A stretch of DNA of 64,000 nucleotides, taken from positions 32,001 through 96,000 of IMG/VR virus record IMGVR_UViG_3300035698_017111; one strand, written 5' to 3'. Made by a program: the position numbers and the translations under genes. This DNA is from a virus. Each line of letters starts with the position of its first letter. Within the stretch, counting starts at the first letter, position 1. Under the pieces are notes generated by a model. That model had not been told where the DNA came from, ran no database searches, and worked only from the letters and a program-made list of their open reading frames with translations. This document shows, in pieces, positions 39,354 to 49,020 of this stretch.

Positions 39354-39905
39354 ATGGCTAAATATTTTTTTGACACAGAATTTGCAGAAAATGGTCCACA
39401 TGAACCAATTTGGTTTCTGTCTATTGGTATGGTTACAGAAGATGAGGATGGGTCTATTCGTGAATACTATGCTGTAAATAAAAACTTTGATAAAAGTAAA
39501 GCTAATGAATTTGTTCTCAGTAATGTCATTCCTAAATTAAAACCTAAAAAGGAAGACATGAAGACAACTGACGAGATAGCAAGTGATATTATTGCGTTTG
39601 TTGGAGATGATTTGAATCCTATGTTTGTTGCTGATCATTGTAGTTATGATTGGGTTGTTATTTGTCAATTATTCGGCACAATGATGGATCTTCCAGATCA
39701 TTTTCCGAAGTTTTGTCTCGACGTACAGCAATTGAAGGAATCTCTTGGTAATCCAGAATTCCCTCAAAGCACAGAAGAAGTTCTTGATGAACATAATGCT
39801 CTTGCAGATGCACACGAATGTAAGGGTCGTTGGGAGTTTCTTCAGAAGTATAAGTTCGTAGGGAAGAATTTTAATCTAAAAGATTGGAAAAAACATAGGA
39901 AATAA
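39354..39905 (+). CDS. DEDDh 3'-5' exoribonuclease (Rv2179c-like)
   Basis: FFDTEF, SIGMV, SYDWV, HNALADA. Confidence 0.88.
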   Translation: MAKYFFDTEFAENGPHEPIWFLSIGMVTEDEDGSIREYYAVNKNFDKSKANEFVLSNVIPKLKPKKEDMKTTDEIASDIIAFVGDDLNPMFVADHCSYDWVVICQLFGTMMDLPDHFPKFCLDVQQLKESLGNPEFPQSTEEVLDEHNALADAHECKGRWEFLQKYKFVGKNFNLKDWKKHRK

Positions 39906-39912
39906 ATCTGTT

Positions 39913-42111
39913 ATGAAGACTCAAGATATTGTAATGTTACCACCATTTACCGTTAACATGATGATGATGTCATTATCTGAAACGGTTAACTATGGGCATC
40001 AGATGCACAATATTCCTGGTGCATGGTTAAAATCAAAAGGAGAAGGAGTTGTCGTTGCTGTTCTTGATACTGGACTTCCAGTCCATAGAGATTTGGAAAA
40101 CCAAATATTAACTGCTGAAAATTTCACAAATTCTCCAATTCAAGATCTTGTTTCTGGACATGGTTGTGTCTCTCCAAACGATTATGTCTATACTTCAATG
40201 TGTGGTCTGCAAAAAATACAAGATGTTTTTGACAGATCCCCTGGAATTGTTCATTTTCAGCAAGACGGATCAGTTATAAAAGACTGTTCTAGGAATTCCA
40301 TCCATACATTCTCTCTTGATAAGAAGGGCAATACGGTTAAATCTAACATTATTGCAGTTCATAAAATACCATACAATGGAGATGTTTTTTGTATTAAAAC
40401 AAAACAGGGAAAATTGACACTGACTCCATGGCATCCAATATATATAAGGAAAACAAACCTTAAGTCATTCGTCAAAAAAAGAGCAGACGAATTACAAATT
40501 GGTGATTCTATAGCGTTACCAGAAAGCGGTCCAAGTTTTCATTCATATTTAAACATTCCATATAGAGAATACTACAAATGCCAATATTGTGGTTATAAAT
40601 CTTCTGGGTTCCGTAGAAAACAATGTAGAAAATGTAATAAATATAAATGGCATAATGGAAAAACAATTGATTGTATTAAACTTGACGAAGATCTTGCATT
40701 CCTAACTGGTCTTGTCGCATCTGATGGACATAGTATGAAAAGTTCTATGAGTATAGAGTTTTGCAATATGGATGAAAAATTAATAAATATATTTGAAGTT
40801 TTATGTAAAAAATTATTTAACAAAAAATGTAAAAGATATAAAGACAGTAGAAACAAAAAACTAATCAGAACCAGGATACATTCTAAAGATGTTCAAAATC
40901 TTTTTGTAAAATTAGGAATAAAAAAAGGAAATAAAACTCATAATCTTTTATTTCCAGAACTAATATCAAAATCTCCAAGATCTGTTTTTTGTTCATTTGT
41001 TGCAGCCTATGTAGAGGGCGACGGAAGTGTAGACAAAAAAGATAAAAGAATAAGGATAGTCTCTGGAAGCAAATCTTTTAGTGATCATCTTTCAATGAAC
41101 CTTAAATTTTTTGGTATTAAATCTTCAATATCTAAAAATAAAGCAAGCAAAAGAAATTTTGGATATGGCACATATAATTGTAAGGAGTCTTACACTATTA
41201 GATTAGTCTCTGATTATGAAATAGTAAAATATTTAAAGTTAAAAAAATCAAAAGAATCTCAAAGACAAATAATTCAATCTAATGTAATTTCCATTGAAAA
41301 GAAATCTTATAATGGGCACATGTTTGACTTTACTATAAAAGATTATGGAAATTATGTGGCAAATGGAATGATAGTCAGCAATACGCACGTCTCTGGAATC
41401 ATAGGTGCCGAAGAGAATAATGAAGGCGTCATAGGAATAGCTCCGAAAGCAAGACTCATAATAGCGAAAACGTTAAGTGACAGTGGTGGTGGAACAGATG
41501 AAAGCATAGCCAATGGTATCTTCTGGGCTATAGAAAAAGGTGCTGACATTATCAACATGTCTTTAGGGGCACCGGCGAAACATGAAAGTATGTTTGTTCA
41601 AACAAAACAGGCAGTACAAGCCGCAAATAGGGCTGGAATTATATTGGTCTGTGCCGCAGGAAATGAATCTGCAGCAAAAGTAGGTGTTCCTGCAAGATGG
41701 CCAGAATGTATTGCAGTCTCTGCGGTAAATTCAAAGAAAGATAGAGCAAGCTTCTCAAACAGAGGTGCTTCGTTGGACTTTGCTGCAGCTGGTGTGAATA
41801 TTCTTTCTACATTTAAGGACAATACTTATGCGGAATTGAGTGGAACCTCGATGGCATGTCCACAAATCGCAGGTATTGCAGCTTTGATTCTTTCTGAACA
41901 TAGAAATAGAATGGACAATACAAACACACCTGTCGATACACCGGAACAGTTAAGTGAACATTTACAGAAGATATCGTTAGACTTGGGTAAGGCTGGACAC
42001 GACACTAATTTTGGTTCTGGTTTGCCTGTGTATGGTAGAGCAAAATATTTTGTTCCCAATCCACCAAAAAAGAAACCTTGGTGGCTGAGATGGATACCGT
42101 TTTGGGGGTAG
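39913..42111 (+). CDS. subtilisin-like S8 protease containing an intein
   Basis: VLDTG, GHG|THVSG, AAGN, SGTSMACP. Confidence 0.93.
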   Translation: MKTQDIVMLPPFTVNMMMMSLSETVNYGHQMHNIPGAWLKSKGEGVVVAVLDTGLPVHRDLENQILTAENFTNSPIQDLVSGHGCVSPNDYVYTSMCGLQKIQDVFDRSPGIVHFQQDGSVIKDCSRNSIHTFSLDKKGNTVKSNIIAVHKIPYNGDVFCIKTKQGKLTLTPWHPIYIRKTNLKSFVKKRADELQIGDSIALPESGPSFHSYLNIPYREYYKCQYCGYKSSGFRRKQCRKCNKYKWHNGKTIDCIKLDEDLAFLTGLVASDGHSMKSSMSIEFCNMDEKLINIFEVLCKKLFNKKCKRYKDSRNKKLIRTRIHSKDVQNLFVKLGIKKGNKTHNLLFPELISKSPRSVFCSFVAAYVEGDGSVDKKDKRIRIVSGSKSFSDHLSMNLKFFGIKSSISKNKASKRNFGYGTYNCKESYTIRLVSDYEIVKYLKLKKSKESQRQIIQSNVISIEKKSYNGHMFDFTIKDYGNYVANGMIVSNTHVSGIIGAEENNEGVIGIAPKARLIIAKTLSDSGGGTDESIANGIFWAIEKGADIINMSLGAPAKHESMFVQTKQAVQAANRAGIILVCAAGNESAAKVGVPARWPECIAVSAVNSKKDRASFSNRGASLDFAAAGVNILSTFKDNTYAELSGTSMACPQIAGIAALILSEHRNRMDNTNTPVDTPEQLSEHLQKISLDLGKAGHDTNFGSGLPVYGRAKYFVPNPPKKKPWWLRWIPFWG
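40165..41382 (+). mobile_element. intein with LAGLIDADG endonuclease and Zn-ribbon insert (406 aa)
   Basis: G|CVSPND start, LTPWHP block B, VASDG and VEGDG motifs, IVSN|T end. Confidence 0.92.
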
Positions 42112-42119
42112 TGTAAAGA

Positions 42120-42638
42120 ATGCAAAAACTCAAAAGAATTGTCAGGGCTGAAATACCAGCAGTTCTCATAGAAGACCTTGGCGTTTTTCTGAGACACAAG
42201 GGTGATAGTAGGGACCTGCTCGAAGCAAATGCAAAGAATCAAACTAGATTTACTGTGCAGCAAATTTGTAAATCTAACAGTTTGGATAATCTCGTTAAAA
42301 GAGGATTTCTCACACTCTGGGATGAAGATGGATTACAGGTCACTGGAGATGATGAAATAGAAAAGGCAACAAATGTTGCTACTTTGAGAGATGCTGGAGG
42401 TGGTTCTTCAGCTATATCAAAGAGAGTTATACAGGAGAGTTTCACGGCAGTGGGTGGAGAGGGAAGTTTTATCCTCACAAGCAGCCCACTTTACGAGAAT
42501 GGTGTTATTATGTTTGTGAATGGTAATAATCAAATTTATGGGACAGACTATACTGTGAGTGGAACAACGGTTACGTGGTCTGGTTTTACACTTGCATCTG
42601 GAGATCAACTCAACTTCTCATATGAAGTTCTCATATAA
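42120..42638 (+). CDS. putative structural protein with beta-rich C-domain
   Basis: FVNG..Q.YGTDYTVSGTTVTW pattern common in phage virion proteins. Confidence 0.6.
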   Translation: MQKLKRIVRAEIPAVLIEDLGVFLRHKGDSRDLLEANAKNQTRFTVQQICKSNSLDNLVKRGFLTLWDEDGLQVTGDDEIEKATNVATLRDAGGGSSAISKRVIQESFTAVGGEGSFILTSSPLYENGVIMFVNGNNQIYGTDYTVSGTTVTWSGFTLASGDQLNFSYEVLI

Positions 42639-42647
42639 GGATGAATA

Positions 42648-43436
42648 ATGGCTAAGGGACAAAACAATAGAAAGGGAATGATTTATTCCGCTACCAACAA
42701 GATAAATAACAAAAAATATATTGGACAAACTATCAGTACGCTATCTGTTAGAAGAAGTGGTCATAAAAGCAAGGGAAAGAGAGCTTGTCCTTATTTTGGT
42801 AGAGCAATAGAAAAATATGGAGTCAATGGTTTTGTATGGGAGATTATAGAAGATGATCTGCCTATTTCTGAATTAAATGAAAGAGAAATATATTATATTG
42901 CAAAACATAAAACAAGAAACAAAATTTATGGATACAATATCGATATTGGTGGCTTTGTTCATAAAGAATATTCGATAGAAGCAAAATTAAAAATACAAAA
43001 TACGCATAAGGGTAGAAAATTTTCAGAAAATCACAAAAAAAAGATAAGTGAAGCAAAAAAAGGAAAAGGTTTTTCTAAAGAACACATTAAAAACCTTTCT
43101 ATTTCTCATATTGGAAAAGTATCTGGAAAAAAAGGTATTAAGAATTCTGAAAAAACACGTAAAAAGATTAAGGAATCTGTAAGGTTTAAAAATTACCAGA
43201 AAGGACTCTCAAAAAACAACACTAGTGGATATAAGGGCGTTTGTTGGGACAAGAGATATGGAAAATGGCTATCGCAAACCACTGGCATGAATAAGAAAAT
43301 GGTTTTTATAGGTTATTTCGGAACTAAAGAAGAAGCTGCTATTTCTTATGATAAAAAAATAGTCGAAATGGTTGGTATCGAAAATTGTGTCACTAATTAT
43401 GATCTTGGGTTAATTGGATGTAAATGCTATGAGTGA
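42648..43436 (+). CDS. GIY-YIG homing endonuclease with NUMOD3 and AP2 domains
   Basis: MIYSATN...YIGQT, HKGRKFSENHKKKIS, NTSGYKGV...GYFGTKEEAA..YD. Confidence 0.92.
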   Translation: MAKGQNNRKGMIYSATNKINNKKYIGQTISTLSVRRSGHKSKGKRACPYFGRAIEKYGVNGFVWEIIEDDLPISELNEREIYYIAKHKTRNKIYGYNIDIGGFVHKEYSIEAKLKIQNTHKGRKFSENHKKKISEAKKGKGFSKEHIKNLSISHIGKVSGKKGIKNSEKTRKKIKESVRFKNYQKGLSKNNTSGYKGVCWDKRYGKWLSQTTGMNKKMVFIGYFGTKEEAAISYDKKIVEMVGIENCVTNYDLGLIGCKCYE

Positions 43437-45348
43437 TCAAAAAATAAATATAGAAAACAATACTGGCGTCATCAACATATACAATGGTACTGAAGACAAT
43501 GAAGTCTTTAAGAAAAGTATATCGATGAATTCTGTAGACAAATATTCAACTCCGCTTGAAGCTAATATAGAAATGTCTCCATGGGGATCAAATAAATATA
43601 AAGTTTCCTTTATGTTAAAGAACAGTCTTTTGGGACAAGTTATGCAGCAAAACAATTTGGTCTACGACACAGAGGACAAGGCGAGAAAAGCATACAAAGA
43701 TATAATTGAAGTCATGAATGGGTTCAAAGAAGACGCTGAGAAGAAATTAACACATAGTGCTATAATCGTTCCTGCTATTTGGAATCGAATGGCATCTTTC
43801 AAAGATGACCTACATAAACCAGAATCTGACGATCTTCTTATTAGACACGACATCTCTCATCTCCATAAAGATTTCCAAGGTGCGACTCCAATGGGTCTTC
43901 TCGTCCATCCTGTTGACGAACACTTTCCAGATCACTATGGAATCGTCAAGGATGCTGCCAAGAAACAAGGTATGATTAAAACATCTGAGAAGAAAGATAT
44001 GGATTCTGGATGGTATAGAGAATCAAAAATAAAGAAGATGCCAAGTGGTAAATGGCGAGTTACCGATGAGTCTGGTAAAAAGAATCTGGGTGAATCAGAT
44101 ACTGAAGCAGGTGCCAAGAAAAGACTTCATGAAGTTGAGTACTTCAAGAACAAATCTGCTGGCAAACAAGAACTCGACCTAATAGAAGAGCTTGATCGAA
44201 AAAGACTGGATGGTAACTTTAATGAAGATGATTTGGCCAAAATCGCATGTTGTTTGTCTATATTTCCCAACGATCCAAACGATGTGAGGGAGATAAAAAG
44301 AGAAGCTCTTTTGCGTATACATAGTTTGTTTAAAACTAAAGAAACAATTGATAATTGGGCTGCAAAAAACTCAGAAAGAATAGATAGTGCGATATCTGCC
44401 ATTGGACAAATCGGTATTGTAAGATCGGCCGCAACAATTAAAGAGATATCTGCAAACGACTACGATTTGTTTATTTTTGATGCCGACCAAACGATTTGGG
44501 ATGGTGAATGTGCAAAAGATATGGAACTTCCATTCTCTATGATTGAAGAAAACACAATACAAGACAGTGTGGGGCGTAAAATTCGTTTACGTGATGGTGT
44601 TAGGGAAACTCTTCAGGGACTAACTGATATGGAGAGAGACATTGGTCTTGTTAGCCATTCTGAAAAAAAAGGTGTTCAGTATCAAGAACAACCTGTTGTT
44701 CTTCTCCTAAGAGAATTCGGTATTCTTGAGTATTTCAACGAAATGGTAGTCGTTGCTGGAGATATTCCTAAAAGTATATTTATTCCAAGTGGTAGACGAA
44801 CCATTTTTATAGATGACGAATCTCATAATCTTTTTGATGTATCTGAAAATTCAGATGCAGATGCAGCAGATGTGAAAGACGTTAAGTTCTTTAAGGTAGA
44901 AGATCTCTTGGAAAGAGGTAAACAGGAATTGAAAGACTCTGGATACTCTTCTGCTGAAGAAGCATTGTCCGATGTCGTCAAACAACAAGATATTGTCTCT
45001 GCAGCCAAAAAGCCACCTAAGCCAAAGGGTAAGGGTAAGTATGAACTTGATCACAAGAAGCCAAAGTGGAAGGGTGGTACGGAAAACGAAAGCAATCTTC
45101 AGTGGATACCAAAATCAAAACATAAGAAAAAGACCCAAGAAGAAGGTTCGTTCCAAGAAGGTGGAAAAGATCGTCACAGAAAGCTGAAAAACAAGAAGAC
45201 AGATCAGGGTTATTCTCAATATCAGAGTGATGCTGGTAAAGCCAAGGTCAGTAAAGAAAGAAAAGAAATGGGTGAAGAGGCTTTTAGTCGTAAACAAAGA
45301 GAGAGAGCTAAGAAAAGATGGGCCAAAAATACATGGTATAGAAAATAG
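43429..45348 (+). CDS. multidomain protein with MDP-1-like HAD phosphatase and HNH-like domain
   Basis: FDADQTIWD, FIDDE; ELDHKKP..GG....NLQ. Confidence 0.75.
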   Translation: MSDQKINIENNTGVINIYNGTEDNEVFKKSISMNSVDKYSTPLEANIEMSPWGSNKYKVSFMLKNSLLGQVMQQNNLVYDTEDKARKAYKDIIEVMNGFKEDAEKKLTHSAIIVPAIWNRMASFKDDLHKPESDDLLIRHDISHLHKDFQGATPMGLLVHPVDEHFPDHYGIVKDAAKKQGMIKTSEKKDMDSGWYRESKIKKMPSGKWRVTDESGKKNLGESDTEAGAKKRLHEVEYFKNKSAGKQELDLIEELDRKRLDGNFNEDDLAKIACCLSIFPNDPNDVREIKREALLRIHSLFKTKETIDNWAAKNSERIDSAISAIGQIGIVRSAATIKEISANDYDLFIFDADQTIWDGECAKDMELPFSMIEENTIQDSVGRKIRLRDGVRETLQGLTDMERDIGLVSHSEKKGVQYQEQPVVLLLREFGILEYFNEMVVVAGDIPKSIFIPSGRRTIFIDDESHNLFDVSENSDADAADVKDVKFFKVEDLLERGKQELKDSGYSSAEEALSDVVKQQDIVSAAKKPPKPKGKGKYELDHKKPKWKGGTENESNLQWIPKSKHKKKTQEEGSFQEGGKDRHRKLKNKKTDQGYSQYQSDAGKAKVSKERKEMGEEAFSRKQRERAKKRWAKNTWYRK

Positions 45349-45397
45349 ATAAGAAATAGCTTGAAATCGTCCCTCGGATGTCGTATTGTGAAATATA

Positions 45398-45880
45398 ATG
45401 TTCGAGGGAGATTTGTATCCAATGAAATATCTAGTGCACGTCATTGATGAGGCATCCGTTCATCACAAGACAGAGGGTGGTGAGTATGAGATGGAAAGAG
45501 GGTTGGCTGAGAATGGTGAAGAATGCCAGGTTTCTCGGTCTGATTCTTTCTATTTCATAGACGTAGATGATGCTGTAGATGCCGTTGTATCTGTGGCTAA
45601 AATAGTAAGAGTTAAAGACTCAAATGGGGATCTTGTTTCTCTATCTACTGCATTTTCTCAAACAAAAAAAGAAGTTGAAAACGCTAGTCTTGACGAAGAC
45701 GACTTCACCGTTCTTCATGACCTACCATTGGATTATGCTGGGAACACTCATTCCAATCTACTCATTGCTTCTTGTCAAATTAAACGTCATAATGAAGAAG
45801 AAGAATGGCAAGAGCTTCATAGAGTCTATTTCTACGTAACTCAACAAGATAAAATAATGCAAATCACAGGCAAGGATTAG
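45398..45880 (+). CDS. hypothetical protein
   Basis: ORF after a TCGTAT motif. Confidence 0.6.
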   Translation: MFEGDLYPMKYLVHVIDEASVHHKTEGGEYEMERGLAENGEECQVSRSDSFYFIDVDDAVDAVVSVAKIVRVKDSNGDLVSLSTAFSQTKKEVENASLDEDDFTVLHDLPLDYAGNTHSNLLIASCQIKRHNEEEEWQELHRVYFYVTQQDKIMQITGKD

Positions 45881-45884
45881 ACCA

Positions 45885-46424
45885 ATGGGCAATCTTAAAA
45901 ATTTACGATGTTATTTTTCTCATCCAATTGAGAATCAGCAAGATCCAGGGCCAATTGCAAGAGATAGGGATCTGTTGGCCGACTTTCTAAAAAAGAAATC
46001 TTCATTTTTCATCGATCCAAGAAAGATATCACTTCATGGTATCTCTGAGGTAATCGATAAAGATCAAATCGTAAAAGAGAAAGACTTTAAAGAGCTTCGT
46101 AGGCAGATGAGGATTATTGTCAGAAAAGATCTCAGAAGTGTTGATATCTCTGACTTTATAGTTGCGTATTTACCCAAAGACATTAAGACAACGGGCTGCA
46201 TTCATGAGGTGATTCTATCTGATGACCAGAAGAAACCAACGTTTATTGTATGTCCAGAGGGAATAGAATACATTCCTTCATGGCTTTTTGGCCTTGTTCC
46301 TCTTGAATATATGTTTGACTCCATGGAGGATTTAATCGTATACTTGACTGAGATCGATAATGCCAATATCGAAACTTTAGAAGATGATAGATGGCAATTC
46401 ATCATAGCAACACTAATAGATTAA
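45885..46424 (+). CDS. nucleoside 2-deoxyribosyltransferase-like protein
   Basis: YFSHPI, DLRSVDISDFIVA, TGCIHE, KP. Confidence 0.7.
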   Translation: MGNLKNLRCYFSHPIENQQDPGPIARDRDLLADFLKKKSSFFIDPRKISLHGISEVIDKDQIVKEKDFKELRRQMRIIVRKDLRSVDISDFIVAYLPKDIKTTGCIHEVILSDDQKKPTFIVCPEGIEYIPSWLFGLVPLEYMFDSMEDLIVYLTEIDNANIETLEDDRWQFIIATLID

Positions 46425-46435
46425 GGAGACGTGAA

Positions 46436-46627
46436 ATGGCAGTAGATCCCTTTGCAAGACTCGCAGAAATTTGTCGTGAAAAAGAAAAGAAGATGCACCC
46501 AGATCCAACGAACAACTTTTTGGAAAGAGAAGAATATGTAGAAAAAAAGGGCAAGGGACCAGAGTTTATCTACGTCCCAACAGAAGAGGGTGAAGAGATA
46601 TTTACAAAGATAGAGGAGGAGGAGTGA
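46436..46627 (+). CDS. hypothetical protein
   Basis: AAGGAG RBS before MAVDPF. Confidence 0.5.
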   Translation: MAVDPFARLAEICREKEKKMHPDPTNNFLEREEYVEKKGKGPEFIYVPTEEGEEIFTKIEEEE

Positions 46628-46628
46628 A

Positions 46629-47141
46629 ATGAAGACTATTGCAAGGACACTCAGAGAAAGAAAGACTTGGTGTGAGAATCTTAGGATTTGTTCTCATAGA
46701 ATAAATATTAGTTCGGTAACAGATGATGAAGTCAAGCCAGATTTCAAAGTTACAGATTTGTTGAGTGAATTCAACGAAATGCAGATCGGTCTTAGAGAAG
46801 CCAAGACAAAGGTGGCTAAGAAGTCACAGGAGTTGATGGTTCAAATTCCCGAGGGTATCGATACCGTTGGTGAATCTGGAAGCGAAGTCACTCTTTATTT
46901 GGCTATCTTGATTCGAGATGACATGAAGGCTCGAAAATCTATTCTTATGCGTATGGCAGAAAAGACCATTGATCCAAGAGCAGTGCATGGTCACCTTCTA
47001 CATAGGGATGATGCTCCACCGCCAAAGAAAGTTAGGCATTTCGATTTCGATGCCGTGTTGTCGGAAATAGATAACCTACAAGACAAGATTGATATTCTGG
47101 ATTCTTCAATCCAGTATGTTGATAGTACATCGGAAGTCTAA
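46629..47141 (+). CDS. DIP1984/DUF6847-like coiled-coil protein
   Basis: Pattern MK.IA..L..R, TL..AI..RD, EID.L..KI..LD..IQ.....EV. Confidence 0.7.
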   Translation: MKTIARTLRERKTWCENLRICSHRINISSVTDDEVKPDFKVTDLLSEFNEMQIGLREAKTKVAKKSQELMVQIPEGIDTVGESGSEVTLYLAILIRDDMKARKSILMRMAEKTIDPRAVHGHLLHRDDAPPPKKVRHFDFDAVLSEIDNLQDKIDILDSSIQYVDSTSEV

Positions 47142-47145
47142 GAAT

Positions 47146-47368
47146 TCTGCATGCCTGCCGGTGCAGATAGGCTGATGGAAAACAAGAAAATAGGGCTTGA
47201 AACCCCTGTTCCTACATGCTTTAATGAAAATGGTTGATCTCGATCAATAGCTGATTGAGCCAATGACAAACACGCACAATGCACATTGGGAAAAATCAAC
47301 AGGCACATTGGGCAATTATGGTACTGGGTACTGTGGACTGGGTACTTTTATCTTGTTTGACATTAGCC
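47146..47368 (+). ncRNA. candidate structured RNA downstream of the DIP1984-like gene
   Basis: Long-range stems GGCTGATG/CATTAGCC and AAACAAGA/TCTTGTTT enclose hairpins and short repeats. Confidence 0.6.
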
Positions 47369-47371
47369 GTT

Positions 47372-47404
47372 GAGAGAGGGCTTTCGTGGCCCTCTCTCTT
47401 TTTA
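47372..47404 (+). terminator. rho-independent terminator
   Basis: GAGAGAGGGC/GCCCTCTCTC stem plus T run. Confidence 0.85.
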
Positions 47405-47414
47405 GGAGACTATT

Positions 47415-47933
47415 ATGACGACTGTCGAGGAATTTTTTGACAACATAAGAGATTTGAATATCGGTGCTGCTGTAGATTGTTGGATTTCTCTCAGCGAAGA
47501 TGAAAAAAGTGCCATTAGGCAAGGAATGCTTGATCTTTGTGAAGACGATAGGGAAGGTTTTAGAATGCGGTTTAATCTTCTCAGCGAACACATATCCAAT
47601 GACATCTTTGCTCTTTGTTCACGACAAACAGACATTCCAGACATTCCTGATGTTTTGGATGGTTTTCAAGATGGCTTAAATAAAGTTTCTAAATTAATTG
47701 AAGAAAATCAAGAAGATATTGTTAATCTTATCATGAGCCTTCGTTGTTTGTCGAATTTATTGATAACACCTTTGCCGAAAGAAAACAAGAAAATGGATCC
47801 CGAATTATATGGGGTAATAGCAGACCTATTGTCTTCATATAGACGTGAATTAGAAGACAGAGGGATGCCTGCTTATTATGTTAAAGATTTAATAATAATA
47901 GAAGCTAGGAGGCTTAGTTCACGATATGAATGA
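47415..47933 (+). CDS. hypothetical protein
   Basis: AGGAG RBS. Confidence 0.6.
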   Translation: MTTVEEFFDNIRDLNIGAAVDCWISLSEDEKSAIRQGMLDLCEDDREGFRMRFNLLSEHISNDIFALCSRQTDIPDIPDVLDGFQDGLNKVSKLIEENQEDIVNLIMSLRCLSNLLITPLPKENKKMDPELYGVIADLLSSYRRELEDRGMPAYYVKDLIIIEARRLSSRYE

Positions 47934-48345
47934 AATTGATCCCATGTCTATGTCTACTGAAAGTTTGATAGATTTCTTCCTAGAGAAAAGTGATATCTCT
48001 ATAGAGGAGTTTTTATACCACGTTAATGATAAGAGAATGGTCTTCTACATAGAGGTGGTAAACTTCTTTCTATTAAACAACACCAATGATGATATGTGGT
48101 ATACGGTTGTCCATGAGGCAGAGCCAATAATTAAAGACATAGAAACGGATGAGGGGTCGAATTGGATCCTTCGAGAATTTATGATTGATTTGACACATTT
48201 GGTTGGTTACAGGGGAGAAGATTTGCAATTGCTCGTCTTCCCATTTGAGGATGAAGAAACCAATGAACTCTTCGGCTCTGCATTGAGAGACACAAAACCA
48301 GCACAATATTGGCATAATGGAGAGTTTGTTGGAGATAATCTTTAA
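47926..48345 (+). CDS. hypothetical protein
   Basis: Coupled ORF. Confidence 0.55.
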   Translation: MNEIDPMSMSTESLIDFFLEKSDISIEEFLYHVNDKRMVFYIEVVNFFLLNNTNDDMWYTVVHEAEPIIKDIETDEGSNWILREFMIDLTHLVGYRGEDLQLLVFPFEDEETNELFGSALRDTKPAQYWHNGEFVGDNL

Positions 48346-48584
48346 TAAAGTATGGTCTGAATCTCTTCCTCCCAATTCGAACAATTAAAATGTTTTTCGC
48401 ACCTAAGACATTTGTGATCTCTGGATTCCCATTTATTTCTAAATAAAACAGCATATTTAACCATCCATTCAACAGCTGCTTCGTTATGGGTAAGTGTCCT
48501 TCCCATTTCGTTTTCTTTTTCAAGATAAGATGCGATCATGAATCTTTCGGTCTTTACGTATAATCTAAAGTCAATATATGTCAT
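48342..48584 (-). CDS. DUF4032-like small protein
   Basis: E..GR.L..NEAAVEW..KYA. Confidence 0.5.
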   Translation of the reverse strand: MTYIDFRLYVKTERFMIASYLEKENEMGRTLTHNEAAVEWMVKYAVLFRNKWESRDHKCLRCEKHFNCSNWEEEIQTILY

Positions 48585-48657
48585 TACATTCCTCCCACAC
48601 TAGTCTGTTCGATACAATATACAACAATACCTTTCTGGCTATGTCGTATAGAAATAT

Positions 48658-49020
48658 ATGGCCAACAAAAGACAAAAGATTCCCAAACATGTTAAAGAGG
48701 AGGTCAGGCATAGACAGAAGTCTGGCTGTGTAACATGTATTGATCGTGGAATAATCTATCACCACGTTCATCCAGTATCTATGGGTGGGATGAATTCTCA
48801 TTACAACATAGTCCTCCTTTGCAAATCTTGCCATAACAAGATACATCTAGGTGACCTGCCTACCATCACTAGCGTACTGGAATACCTGTACTATCTCAAG
48901 CATAATTGCTTGCCAGATAGCCAAGAAGAAATCACGGAATTGGCAGAAACAATAAAGGTAGAACATGTCCCTATTTGGAATAGAGAAGAAGAGGACATTG
49001 ACAATGAACTGGTACGCTAA
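48658..49020 (+). CDS. HNH endonuclease
   Basis: CVTC, HHVHP..MGG, NIVLLCKSCHNKIH. Confidence 0.9.
   Translation: MANKRQKIPKHVKEEVRHRQKSGCVTCIDRGIIYHHVHPVSMGGMNSHYNIVLLCKSCHNKIHLGDLPTITSVLEYLYYLKHNCLPDSQEEITELAETIKVEHVPIWNREEEDIDNELVR

Noticed and set aside
47274-47346. CRISPR-like array
   Set aside because: The repeats are 7-10 nt without regular spacers, and no cas genes are present.
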